NCBI GenBank assembly: GCA_964016885.1
Contig: OZ024740.1
Coordinates: 275,776,001 to 275,840,000 of the forward strand
Length of the DNA: 64,000 nucleotides
Reading direction: 5' to 3'
From: Eledone cirrhosa
Lineage: Eukaryota
The translations under genes and the position numbers were made by a program. A model generated the notes under the pieces. That model was not told the DNA's origin, ran no database searches, and saw nothing but the letters and a program-made list of their open reading frames with translations. This document shows positions 1-12,055 of the stretch, in pieces. The first letter of the stretch is position 1; each line of letters begins with the position of its first letter.

Positions 1-129
1 TAAACCCCAATCATTATAGTTTGTATGTCAACAAAATGGAAAATGTTTCGAATCTATAAGATAAACATGTGCCAAAATTCTGTAGAGTAGTGATGTAATT
101 ATAAAATATTGCTTACCCCACTATACCCT

Positions 130-575
130 GTGAAGTGGTCATGTTGGTGACGCAACAAAAGCACCCAGTCAACTTTGTAAATGTTTCATTCTAAACGATA
201 AGTGTGTGTCTAAATTCTGTAAAGTAATGATGTAATTATACAATATTACTTTACCCAACCCACCCCAACCTATAAATTGGTCACACAGCAAAAAGCATCT
301 GGTTCCCCTTTTAAGGTAGTTGTGCTGGTGACATGATGAAAAATATCTAGTCCAACCTGTCAGTAGGTCATTTTGGTGCCTACGATAAAAGCACCCAGTC
401 CATGCTGAAACTGTAGTTGGTGTTAAGAAGGACATCCAGCCAGAGAAACCAAATCAGAAACAGTTCTGTATGAGCAAGACACAATCACCTGATCTGACTT
501 GCCTCACAACAGGACAACTTGTCTAACCCATACTAGTGTTGAAAATGAATGTTAAATGATGATGGTGATGAATAT
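130..575 (+). mobile_element. Degenerate 3' end of an RTE-type LINE or LINE-tailed SINE
   Basis: Contains AAAAGCACCCAGTC...GTTGGTGTTAAGAAGGACATCCAGCC...TGTTAAATGATGATG, matching the 3' UTR of the RTE copies at 46.1 and 61.9 kb. Confidence 0.6.
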
Positions 576-804
576 GAATATGAGGATGATATGAGCATGG
601 ATGTCTGCACTGTTGTTACTTAGCCCTAAGTTAGACCTTATTCAGCAGACCTATGATGAAAAGCATTCAAGTCATGACCAGCCAATCTTTTGTTTTTATA
701 GAAAAATGGCACTATTTATCTTAAAGGATCAGTAATTACTTGTCACATGGAATATAACTTCTAGCAGTGATAAAGTTTCACAATTTGGTGTGATATAATT
801 TTTG

Positions 805-1032
805 TGCCCAGTCCACTCTGTAAATGTGGTTGGCATTAGGAAGAATATCCAGCCATAGAAAATAAGCCAAAATCAGTTTTGTATGAGCAAAATCATCTGA
901 TCTGATTTGTCTCACAAAGGGACAATTCGTCTAACCCATGCTAGCATGGAAAAATGGATGTTAAAAGGTGATGATGATGATGATGATGATGATGACGATG
1001 ACGACGACGACGATGATGATGATGATGACGAC

Positions 1033-1079
<47 letters not shown>
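805..1079 (+). mobile_element. RTE-type 3' tail with expanded (GAT)n microsatellite tail
   Basis: GGTTGGCATTAGGAAGAATATCCAGCC...CCCATGCTAGCATGGAAAAATGGATGTTAAA followed by ~110 bp of (GAT/GAC)n at ~969-1079. Confidence 0.7.
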
Positions 1080-1080
<1 letters not shown>

Positions 1081-1554
1081 TCTTCTTTGTGATTCTTTGC
1101 TGTAACACCACATTCGCCAGTTTGTCTGCCAGGATCATGAAACATTTCCATGACTCATTCTGATAGAATATTTTAAGTTTATATTATAAAGTTAAAATAT
1201 CAAATAAAAGACTACACAGAACATTAGGAATCACAAAATCAAGGAAAATTGATAAGAATAAATAAAACACCTTATGTATTATTAAACATTTTCTAGATTC
1301 ATTTTCTTTGTAGTTATTTCAGCCTTATGATTCAATGTGTTCAAGTTGAGACCATCCATTTATTTTTTCAAGCAGAGTAACCAGTTGTACATTATCTGAT
1401 GTCTTTCTATTTTTTAAGTAATAGGGTGTGATTTGAAGGAGATTTAGTAACTATTTTTAGGAGATTAAGTGACCAGATAGATGATCCTTTGTTGGCTTGG
1501 TTCCCTTGATAGCATTTATTGTTTGTTGTTGTTTTTATTGTGATAAATGAATTG

Positions 1555-1591
<37 letters not shown>

Positions 1592-3050
1592 TGTAGTAGC
1601 CTAGATGTTATCACATCTAGTTTAATACCTCTCATTTTCCACATGTCTTATTGACTTCAATCAATACTAGTAATACACTGAGTTTTGTTTTTTAACTTCT
1701 ATTTGCTTTACCTACTCCTTCCCTTTCCTCTACGATCATCATCATTTAAATAATTGCCTTCTGGCTAGGCAAAATGAAATCGTCATTATTCTATAATATT
1801 TAGATTATTTTCGCTTTATTATTATCATTTCCATCCCACCAGCATCTGCATTAGAACAAAATGTCGATGAAAGAAAACTACTGGTAATCCAAAGTCCTAT
1901 ACACACAAGCACACGCACATACAAAAATGCATGCAACCATACACAAATGCACACACAGAGGCAGACAGGGATTTGTTTTGAAAAGTAAGTGACATTGTTT
2001 TGATAAGCTGCCTGATCAAGAAAATTGGCAAAACATAACCAAACGAGTTATTCCAGCAGCTTTTTTTGTTTTTTATTGTTGTTGATCTTTACTCGTCTTT
2101 TTTTGTGTGAGGTTTATTTTTTCAGTCTTCATTGGCTTGCGTATTTTCATAACACATTTCCCAGTTTTTAATAAGTTCAAACACAGTGGAGGCCATGCCA
2201 GAGGTAACTTAAACTGCTACAAAAGAACTAACTTACTATGGATAGGGTACTGATTGTCAATGTATAACACTGGTTGATGTCATGCAAAGTGTTGGTAGGT
2301 GCATGTGTTAATGTGACTCAATAAGTTGATGGGTGGGTGGCTGATTAATTGAATATATGGATTGGTTTCCTGGTTGTCAGGCTGCCTTGCATTTGGGAAG
2401 CATATGTCATTAAGCTATTAAAATCATTACGATGCTAATAGTTGCAGCATAACAACTAAAGAATGGAATGTTTTTTATAATGAAATTAACAAGGTTTCAA
2501 CCTTCTCCCACTCATTGGAGATTTCATAATCAACTGCGATCCTCATCTAAAATAATTAAACCTGACCATCAATGTAATTTGTATTAGACAGAATTTTACT
2601 AAGAATTCAAAGAACTGGACAGTTACTGCTGCATGCCATCCCATCTAACCCTCTGACATTTCTGCTCTTTATTTATTGACAGCAAAGGGATGAACAGTAA
2701 AGTTATCTTAACCAGATTTGGGCAAATACCATCTAATAAAGCTTCAGCAACTCTGCCAATTTGCTGTCTTATCGAGAAAAGACTGCCAATTTACTGTCTC
2801 ATTTATAAAAGATGTTTAATGCTCAATGAACCTGTTTACTTTGATGTGAATTGTTGTTTAGACCCTAGGTTAGCTCTGACTGTACAGACCTACAATCAAA
2901 AACACTTCAGTCATAACCATCTATTTTTTCAAATATTGCATATCTATTACTACATTATCCAATGTGTACTTCATTTTTAATCATAGTAAGATATAATTTG
3001 AGGGAGATTTTTGCTGCTATTTCTAACAAATTGAATAACCATGGGCATAT

Positions 3051-3379
3051 GGAGACACATGGCTTAGTGGTTAGAGCATTGGGCTTGCAATTGAAAGGTT
3101 GTGAGTTCAATTCTCTGACCGGGTGATGTGTTGTTTCCTTGAGCAAGACACTTTATTTCACATTGCTCCAGTTTACTCAGCTGTAGAAATGAGATGATAG
3201 GGACTGGGGTCCCTATCATTCCACTGCAAAGTGGTTGTGGAGGTGCCACGGCAAAAAAGCACCCAGCACTGTAAATGAGGCTGGTGTTAGGAAGGGCATC
3301 CAGCTGTAGAAATCAAGCCAGAATCAGTTCCTGTCCCACCCTTGCAAGCAGGGAAAATCAGACATAAAATGATGATGAT
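3051..3379 (+). mobile_element. tRNA-derived CORE-type SINE with RTE-like 3' tail
   Basis: A-box TGGCTTAGTGG and B-box GAGTTCAATTC; CORE-like TTCCTTGAGCAAGACACTT...CTCAGCTGTAGAAATGAG; tail GTTAGGAAGGGCATCCAGC...ATGATGATG; closely similar copy at 25271. Confidence 0.85.
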
Positions 3380-3659
3380 ACCTTCTTCACTGGCCTGTGC
3401 TTGCTACAAGTAATTACTGGAAGCACATTCCAGTAATATAATTCATGAATATTACTTTACTGAAACTCAGTTCGTTGCTTGTGGTTAAAAAAGCCCTCAG
3501 AAAACATTCTAGTATATGAGGTCTGTTGAAAAAGTATCCAACTTTATTTTTAACCATGGTAAGTAATGATGTTAGGGAAACAATGTTCATTCCACACTGT
3601 GTCTCGTTTCTTGATTGTTTTCCTATGTATTTCAATTTTCTATTGTTTGTAAGACCCTT

Positions 3660-3950
3660 GTAGCCAGGTGAATGAGCTTGCCTTGAGTATGTGTCTGTAG
3701 ATTGGAGAACAGCTATAAAGGGGCACTTGTCCTAAAGGTCAAAGTGACCATGGCTTTTTGTGGGCTTTCTCTAAGAGTGACCCTCAGACTTTCTTCATTT
3801 TGGGGGAATTTGTTATGTTTGATTTTTTAAATTTTTAATTTCTTAATCTCTTTTATAAATTTTATTTTACACAAAAAATACCCACACTGTACCGTACTAT
3901 GCTGTCTTTAATATTTTCTTAATGTGAACCTTGTGTGGCTAATAAAGATA
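3660..3950 (+). mobile_element. 5'-truncated 3' end of the L1/Tx1 family
   Basis: GTGAATGAGC..TGAGTATGTGTCTGTA..GGGCACTTG..ATGGCTTTTT..GGGCTTTCTC..GTGGCTAATAAAG aligns to 15420-15675 of the long element. Confidence 0.8.
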
Positions 3951-3959
3951 TAATTATTG

Positions 3960-4330
3960 TGTTTTGTCCTAATTGTCTTTGACAACAATATCTGATAGAT
4001 TATCTGTGGTGTTTTTGTCTGTGTTGCATTGATCCCTTTCAGTTCTTGTTTTGTGTATGTATATACCACTTCCTCCTTTATGATGGTATTTTATAATGGT
4101 TTACTAATTTCCAGTATATGTAAATCCTAATTCTATTATGTCAGAGGATTTATTCTTTCTTGGCTATGACTGGGCTGCCAGGAACAATGTGGTTAATTGT
4201 TTCTTCCTATCTTCACACATTCTGGAGTTATTTAATATATTATGTTTCATTGTAAGCTTTTGGTGATTTCTGGTGAGGAGGCTTTAATCTTGTACTACAT
4301 TGAGAATTCTTCAATCTCAACATTGTGTCC
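3960..4330 (-). pseudogene. Decayed R4/Dong-like (RLE-class) non-LTR retrotransposon fragment, CCHC region
   Basis: Minus-strand translation SRMCEDR..ETINHIVPGSPVIAKKE*IL*HNRIRIYIYWKLVNHYKIP resembles the CRxC..ETxxHIxSGC..RHN..IHW motif of R4-clade elements; contains stops and frameshifts. Confidence 0.7.
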
Positions 4331-4592
4331 TGTGAATTCTCCTTGCCTACTTTTACTCAGTTCAGTATTTAGAATATTGACCATGTAGGAGCTTTTCTTG
4401 CTGTAATTTTACCATGGTAGTCTGTAGCCCTAGATTTAGGTTAACCTTTAGGCTTTTCACTATATTTTCAGTTGGGTTTTCATTTTTTCTAGCTATCAGT
4501 CATTTAATTGACTAACCCTTTACTGAAAACTACATGTGGCCGTGTGTCTATGCTAGACATCCTTATTGCTATTATTATCATTATTATTATAT

Positions 4593-5063
4593 GGGGAGTG
4601 GATTGGCAGAGTCGGTACAGAGTCAGACAATATGATTTTTAAAATAGAGTTGCGCCCCTTTACACTATGAGTTGAAATCACCCAAGGTTTAGCTTTGTGT
4701 TTCATCCTTACGTGGTTGATTAAATAAAGTGCCAGTCAAAACCTGGGGTGGTTTTCATCAACTTTTCCCTTGCCCCAAATTGTTGGTCTTGTGTCTAAAT
4801 CAAAAATCATTATAAAGAAAGCATTATTATTATAAGGGCAGCAGATTGACAGAATCGGTAGAGCATCGGACAACATGCTTTGTGGCATATAGTTACGTCC
4901 TTTTACGCTCTGAGTTCAAAATCCTGCTGAGGTTAACTTTGCCTTTCATCATTATGGGGTTGATAAAATAAAGTACCAGTCACGCACTGGGGTCAATTTA
5001 ATTGACTTTCCTCTCCCCCAAAATTGCTGGTCTTCTGCCTATATAAGAAACCATTATTATTAT
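4593..5063 (+). mobile_element. Two tandem tRNA-derived SINEs with Meta/MESC-like core
   Basis: GGCAGAATCGGTAGAG..GAGTTCAAATCC..AACTTTGCCTTTCATC..GGGGTTGATAAAATAAAGTACCAG..(ATT)n at ~4593-4812 and ~4836-5063. Confidence 0.8.
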
Positions 5064-5065
5064 TA

Positions 5066-5320
5066 AGACCATAAACAAAGTCCAACACAACCGCTCTGAT
5101 ATTGTCGTAAAAAGAAACAACCCCACACAATGGACTCTAATTGAATTTGTGATCCCTCAAGACTACAATCTGGCTGAAAAGGAAATGGAAAAGATCAATA
5201 AATACGGAAACCTTGCAGGTGCAATTAGAATTGAGCACCATGTAGAGAAAGAAATCATACCAACCGTCACTGGGTCACTAGGCACAGTCCCTAAATGACT
5301 CAGGTCTTTCATCAACTCCA
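5066..5320 (+). pseudogene. R4/Dong-like restriction-like endonuclease domain fragment
   Basis: Translates QHNRSDIVVK..TLIEFVIPQDYNLAEKEMEKINKYGNLA..IIPTVTGSLGTVPK, matching the RPD..D..K..KY..L..PIVIGALG RLE motif; starts directly after a SINE (ATT)n tail. Confidence 0.75.
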
Positions 5321-5396
5321 ACATTTTCATATCATTCCTTGTCATTTCACTATGGCTGGTAATTCAGAATCTTTCTTAATATTCACTAAAGATTAA

Positions 5397-5596
5397 TCCT
5401 TTAGCATTTACATTACTCTATATCTACTATTGTATTTTCACAGAAAAGGCTTTATCTCACATAATTATCTAACATAAACTACAAGATTTTGGTATTATTT
5501 ATTTTGAGAACAATACCTTAATGTTTGTATGCGTGGCCGGTTACAACCAGTTTGAATAGAAAGAGGTGAGCAAAGTCTGGTTTAAATGTTAAAGGA
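5397..5596. mobile_element. piggyBac-type MITE
   Basis: TTAA on both sides; TIR TCCTTTAGCATTTA / TAAATGTTAAAGGA; second copy in opposite orientation at 49136-49356. Confidence 0.75.
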
Positions 5597-6044
5597 TTAA
5601 GTCATTAGATTATTCACTCCTACCATATTCCTAGCAATAGCACTTATCAATTTCTTCAAGCAGCCTTATTAAACTGCACCATGATCTCATAGAGTAAAAG
5701 ATCTGGAGTTTTTATGGTTGTTCTTTGTTTTTGTTTTCATCTTTTAACAGATTATTTAGAAGTTATATTGAGTGATAGGTTTTGACCATTACAACTTCAA
5801 AGTCCTGGGATGAAAATTTTCCTCAGAGAATTTGATATTTTAATTCGTTTGTATTTCCACAAATGAAATAAAAAGATTAATAATAATTCATCTGTCACTG
5901 CCTTGTGGGTTCTTTCTTTTTGTAGGAAGGGAAATTATCATCTAAACAATCAATGAACTATCATTGCCTGAGATTGAACATATTATCTATACTGTTAAAA
6001 GGCTACAGAGGGCACAATAATTCAAATAGTTAGTTATTAAACTT

Positions 6045-6047
<3 letters not shown>

Positions 6048-6130
<83 letters not shown>

Positions 6131-6197
6131 GTGGGTGTGTGTATAATATATATGTATATATACGTAAATATATATATATGTATATATATATATGTAT

Positions 6198-6284
<87 letters not shown>

Positions 6285-6375
6285 CGTATATATATATGTA
6301 TGTACGTATATATATGTATGTATGTATATATATATACACACACACACATATATATATATACATATATATATACAG

Positions 6376-6450
<75 letters not shown>

Positions 6451-6477
6451 TACACACACATATATATATATATATGC

Positions 6478-6511
<34 letters not shown>

Positions 6512-6592
6512 ATATATACATACATATATATATATATATATACGTACATACATACATACATACATATAACTATATATATATATGTATACACG

Positions 6593-6638
<46 letters not shown>

Positions 6639-6640
6639 AC
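6048..6640. repeat. Compound (TA)n/(CA)n/(TATG)n microsatellite
   Basis: Directly visible; similar tracts at 7010-7440, 23326-23470, 24295-24612, 38100-38810, 39195-39890, 44216-44395, 52380-52600, 55280-55515 and 63300-63710. Confidence 0.97.
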
Positions 6641-7008
6641 ACGATACATCTTCAGAGTAAAAATATTCCACAATACATCACCATCGCAGCAGATATTATA
6701 TTCATCTTCCCATTTAAAAGTATATCTTTAATAAAAAAAAATATGAAAAATAAACCTAGTTAAACTAAACAAAATTTCTGCTAGAAGCCCTAAGTAGTTT
6801 AGACTGAGTCACCTCTTCAGTATGGAAAAATGCTTTATGTAGCAACCAAATAATGGATTTCATTCCTTGTTTCATGTACAGAAATTTAATTAAAACAAAA
6901 ATGATTTATTATGATTTTAATGAGAAAAAAAGCCAAAGAAAAAAAAAAAATTGTTAAAAGAGAAACCAAATAGAAAACACTATTGAAAAAAATCATTTAA
7001 AACCTTTT

Positions 7009-7078
<70 letters not shown>

Positions 7079-7172
7079 AATACACACACATATATATATA
7101 TATAGATATATATATGTATATATATATATATATATAATATATATATAGATATGTATATACATACATATATCT

Positions 7173-7218
<46 letters not shown>

Positions 7219-7304
7219 TCTATACACACACACACACATATGTATGTATATATATATATATATATATACACATACATATTCATATATATATCTATATATC
7301 TATA

Positions 7305-7358
<54 letters not shown>

Positions 7359-9109
7359 TCTGTGTGTGTGTTTATTTATATGTGCATGTATGTGTGCATT
7401 TATGTATATATATATACATACACATACATACATACATATGAACATAAATGGAAGATTCATAATGTTTAGATTTGACTAATAGCAAGTTTTAAGAACAATA
7501 AGTGAGTGTATATTTTTTATAATTGTTTTTATTTCATTTCAATTCAGCCCCTCTTTTTCTTCTTGTTTTTCTGTCATATTTTATTTATTAAAACTTAAAA
7601 TTCATTTATTTTTGTCTCAGTTGAAATTTCAATCTCACATAAAAGGAGAAAGAAAAGCAAAAAAATAAAAAGATCCGGAGTTTCTACTTCTCATAATTTA
7701 AGACTTGCATAAGTAGAGTGAAATTGCAGTGCAAGATGGGATTGCAAAGATGTCCATTGAAGATGAGAGGAAATAATAGAAGAAAATGATGGCATTGTCA
7801 AACCCATTAGATTCTATTGCTTTTATAAGAGACTAACTGAATTTTAGTTGACTACTAGAAATTATGTGAATCTATTGACAAACATTAGTAGCTCATTATT
7901 ATATAATGTTAAGCAAAAGAAGGAGAAACTTTCAACTAGAATAAGACACTGTATATGTCAGGTTAAACCTACTAGACCAGCTTAAATATCTAAGGGAATT
8001 TTTCATCTAGAATAAGACACTGAATATGACAGGTTAAACCTATTAGAGCTAGCTTCAAATATCCATGTAAATAGTTGCTGAAAAATTCTTTAGTGCAAAT
8101 AAGTTTCCAGAAAAACCTAGTAGGTTTTCTTAGAGGAAGGGGAACTGAACCACATATAATAGAATGTGCAACCAAGAGGTAGTGGTAAGGAAAGAGAGAG
8201 AGAGAGAGAAAGAACAAGGCTATTTACAGTGAATTTTAACTCATAACAATGACTAGGTATTACTCCACAACTCAATAATACACGTTCTATATTCATGACC
8301 TACGAGGTTTTTCTGAGAGTTTAGTTATAATTCCATTATTATCAGTATAACATTTGATTACATCCTTCATTTACCAGGTGGAGCTATTAAGTTAGACATG
8401 GCCTGGGCCAATACTGGTCGAAACCTATCGAAGTTATCAAAGTTATAGATAAACAAAATATTCAACACCAAACAATGCTGGCTACTAAGCTTCTTTGCAG
8501 GCCACCATACTTGTGTGATAACCAAATATACAGAATTTGTTCAGGTTCCCTGTGTTCTGAGTTCAAATTGTATTGTGGTCAACTTGCATGGTAGACTTAA
8601 TCTGTTAGGTATCTTTAGCAGAGTCCACTCTATTGTAAGAATACAAGCCAGGTTTCAAATTTAAGTATACATTCTACATTTTCTTGGTTACCCTTCTCTC
8701 CCTGAGTAAAGAGTAAAAAAAAAAAAGGAACATTTCTTATAGTAAATACAATTTTGTGATAAATACAATCTTTGTTCCAAACATAGAGAGGGAATGAATT
8801 TAAGACTGCAGGTTAACAAAACTGAGATTAATGTTTCAACTGTACAAGATAGTTTTTGTTAATGTTTATAGCCACTAATCATCCCTGATCAAATAAGCCT
8901 GTGTTAAAGGTGCTCAACATACCTTATATTTAAGCTTAATGCATCTACAATTATTTTACCCAATGTTTTATTTCTTTTTTAAGATAAGAGGAAGGGATTT
9001 GATGGAGGATTGGTTTCTAGTTTTATCAAGTCAAATGGTTATGTAGAAACAATTTCTATAGTCTGTTGTCTAAAGTTTGTCTCAAAACTTAGGTTCATCA
9101 GGCCAGTGC

Positions 9110-9360
9110 TTATTCTGGTTTCTGTGGTATTAAGCAACTGAAAGTACATGACCCCCCCACTCCCACTAGACATAATACCAGTTCATCACAGGTATAAACC
9201 CCCAGCTACTGCTGGTACTCGTTTTCAGCTGTGTATACTGGGGCAACATGGAATGAAGTGTTTTGGTCAAAAACACAACACACAAGCCAATCCAGGAATT
9301 GAACCCAAAGCATTATGATTGTAAGTCCAACACACTTACCACTAAGGCATGTGCCTCCAC
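9110..9360 (-). mobile_element. CORE-type tRNA SINE (diverged)
   Basis: Reverse complement GGAGGCACATGCCTTAGTGGTAAG..GGGTTCAATTCC..CAGCTGAAAACGAGTACC. Confidence 0.65.
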
Positions 9361-9844
9361 CTAGTCTGTTGTACCTATCTACTAAGTGATTGACTTGTCC
9401 TATGAGAAATTAAAAGGATGCAGTGCAATGTTGTTCAAAGGCTATAAACCACTGATCTCACTACACTATCGACTCAACATTCCATGGAAAATAAATTTAT
9501 TTGTTCTTTATTTTAAAGCCATTTTTTGTAAATTCCATAATTCCATAACTCCATGAAGCTGCTTCTTATATAAGTTTACATTCACCAAGGATCATACTTT
9601 CTGATAAAATTTCACCCAAACAGTTTGAAAAGGGTCTTATATTACTACATCTTCAACTCAGAAATAAAACTAAATCTATGTTTTTTAATGTATTTTGTTG
9701 TTGTTGTTTTATGCATCCTCTATTTCTTCAGGAATCATGTATTAAAATTGAAACAAATAAATAGGAAATAATATTTTATTTCTTCCATCTGTTGATTACA
9801 AAATATATTGACATCAATATCATCCTCAACATTATTATTAATTA

Positions 9845-9888
<44 letters not shown>

Positions 9889-10178
9889 GGCGACCTATGT
9901 AGGAAATCGTATTATCGTGAGCTCCCCAAAGGTTTGTTGTTTTCGTTTGTTTAAAATTGCCATTTATGGAAAATTTTTGTTGTTAATTATTTATGAGGTC
10001 ACAAAATTTGCTTTCGGAAAAGGAGACTCAAAAAGATTGGGGCCTTGAGCCCAAAATTTAAACTTTTATAATTATCAAATAAAAAAATTTCTTTCAAAAA
10101 ATCATGGACGACTCACAGTGACACCTTCCTCACAAACTAACACCTCACACCGACACCACCATTGTAAATATTACTACG

Positions 10179-12021
10179 TTGGCCAACAATAAAAATATAA
10201 GCAGTAGCAATAATTTAAATTTGTCTCATGCAGACATACATTTCCCGCCATTACCAATGACTGCAGGCGTTGAAGCCGCCAACACCACCACCACCACAGC
10301 GACAACAGAAACAAAAGAAAAAAATAAATTATCTTGTGACATCGAAATGGATTCATCCAGAATGGACTCTTCCACACCGAACACCACTGACGCCACCACC
10401 ATCACAACTGAAACTAAAATTAACAATAACAAAAATAACGATAACAGCAACAGCAACAATGAGAATAAGAAAACCACCCTGTCTTTTGTCAGAGTAGCAA
10501 AAAAGTGCGAAACAATCCAGGTAACTCAGGAGGAATTAGATGAAGCCAAGAGAATGGTAAAGAAAGATGGGTACAGCGTCAGCCTCTCCCCCCACCTAAT
10601 AAAATGGAGCATCGGCGCCTATGCACCGTGTCTTATCGGACGATTAACATAAAATCGCGCCGAGTGGAACGGGCTTCCGAGTCCCAAATCCAAAAAGCTT
10701 TGGGACATGTGCGGGCAAAAAATCCCACATCAAACGTGGGCAGAAATATGGAACCGTGGACGTGTTCTTTGAAACACCACAGGAGGCCAGAGAACACTCC
10801 ATTAAGAAGTGACGACTTCACACTCGTCCCAAGCTATTGTGGCCAGAGACTCGTGAAGATCAGGGTAACCCACGTCCCACCGGCCATCGAAATTCCCTGG
10901 CTAATGGCTGCCGTCCTCGCCGGCATCGAGGCCAACACCAAGATAATTGAAATAGCGAAAGAAAAGCAGGAGAACTGGTCTGGAACTTGGATGGAGCTCC
11001 TGATCCAAGCGGACCAAAAAAGCATTGAGGAGATCCCAGAAGTAATAGACCTCACTGACGGCAGCCACCTCACCGTAATCGTCGAGGGCAGAAGGCCTAG
11101 GTGTGTCGTTTGTGGTGAAGGAACCCACCTAAAGGCTTTCTGCCCTCAGGTTAAAAGGTTGAGGCCACCTCTCATACCCACCCCAGGGACTCAACCATCA
11201 ACACCACCAGCAGCAGAAATGGCAGCAACAACTGTAGCAGCAACGACAGAAGCAACTGTAACAGCAACAACCCCAGCAACAGTAGCAAAACCAACATCAC
11301 CACCACCCAACGCGCCAGAACTAGCACCAGCGCCAGCAGCATCCACCACGCCACAACCAAAACCAACGCCTGTGGAGGATTTTCCACTCCCCGACCTATC
11401 GCAACTGGAGACAGATTGTGACGACGAGGAGTGGGAAACGGTATCAGGAAAGAAGAAAAAAAGAAAAAGAAATCAAAAAAGAAAAAAATCCTCTTCCTTC
11501 CCCCTCCAATAACAAAATACAGAGGGAAACAAATAAACTATCAAACAAAAAAGTTAGGACAGCTATGCCACCATCCACACCAGCATCACCAACCCCATCA
11601 CCACAAACACCAACACCATCACCATCATTAACCCCAACACCACCATCACCAACACCACAAAAGTCACCAAAAAGCGAAACAGAAACAAACCCACAACAAA
11701 TGCAAACAAAACAATTAAAACGATACACACTACACAGCATTAAATTTGAACAACAACCAATTATTACCCTACACCCAACACAACACCAGCATCACAGAAA
11801 AAGACTACCCAACAACCCAAAAGTTCACACCACCTCCACACATACAAATCACTCGCATCACACAGAAAACGTACACGACACCAAAACAAAAATTCCCCAA
11901 AGACATCGGAGATTTCCGACAAGCACTCTCCAGGAGGATTTATAAGGACATCCTTCCGGAGGAGGCCACAAGCAGTGAAAAGGATGGAAAAACCATCCTT
12001 CCTCTACGAGAAGTAAGGTAA
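10179..12021 (+). pseudogene. Tx1/L1 ORF1 (gag-like nucleic-acid-binding protein), frameshifted
   Basis: Split over ORFs 10179-10652, 10604-11512, 11418-11945 and 11746-12021; CVVCGEGTHLKAFC (CX2CX4HX4C); Pro/Thr-rich linker; EWETVSGKKKKRK. Confidence 0.8.
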
Positions 12022-12055
12022 GTGGTCATTCCCATCTTTTCCACTCCATTTCAAC

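Noticed and set aside
907-1151. Poly-Asp, poly-Ser and poly-His ORFs
   Set aside because: They are the (GAT)n tail of a retroelement.
3051-3125. tRNA gene
   Set aside because: The A/B boxes belong to a SINE head that continues into CORE and LINE-tail sequence.
6030-7479. Many long ORFs rich in YI, VC and HT repeats (also at 24, 38-40, 44, 52, 55 and 63 kb)
   Set aside because: They are translations of stop-free microsatellites, not genes.
7932-8063. ~71-bp local duplication (also 45330-45495 and 29660-29790)
   Set aside because: Ordinary tandem duplication with no further structure.
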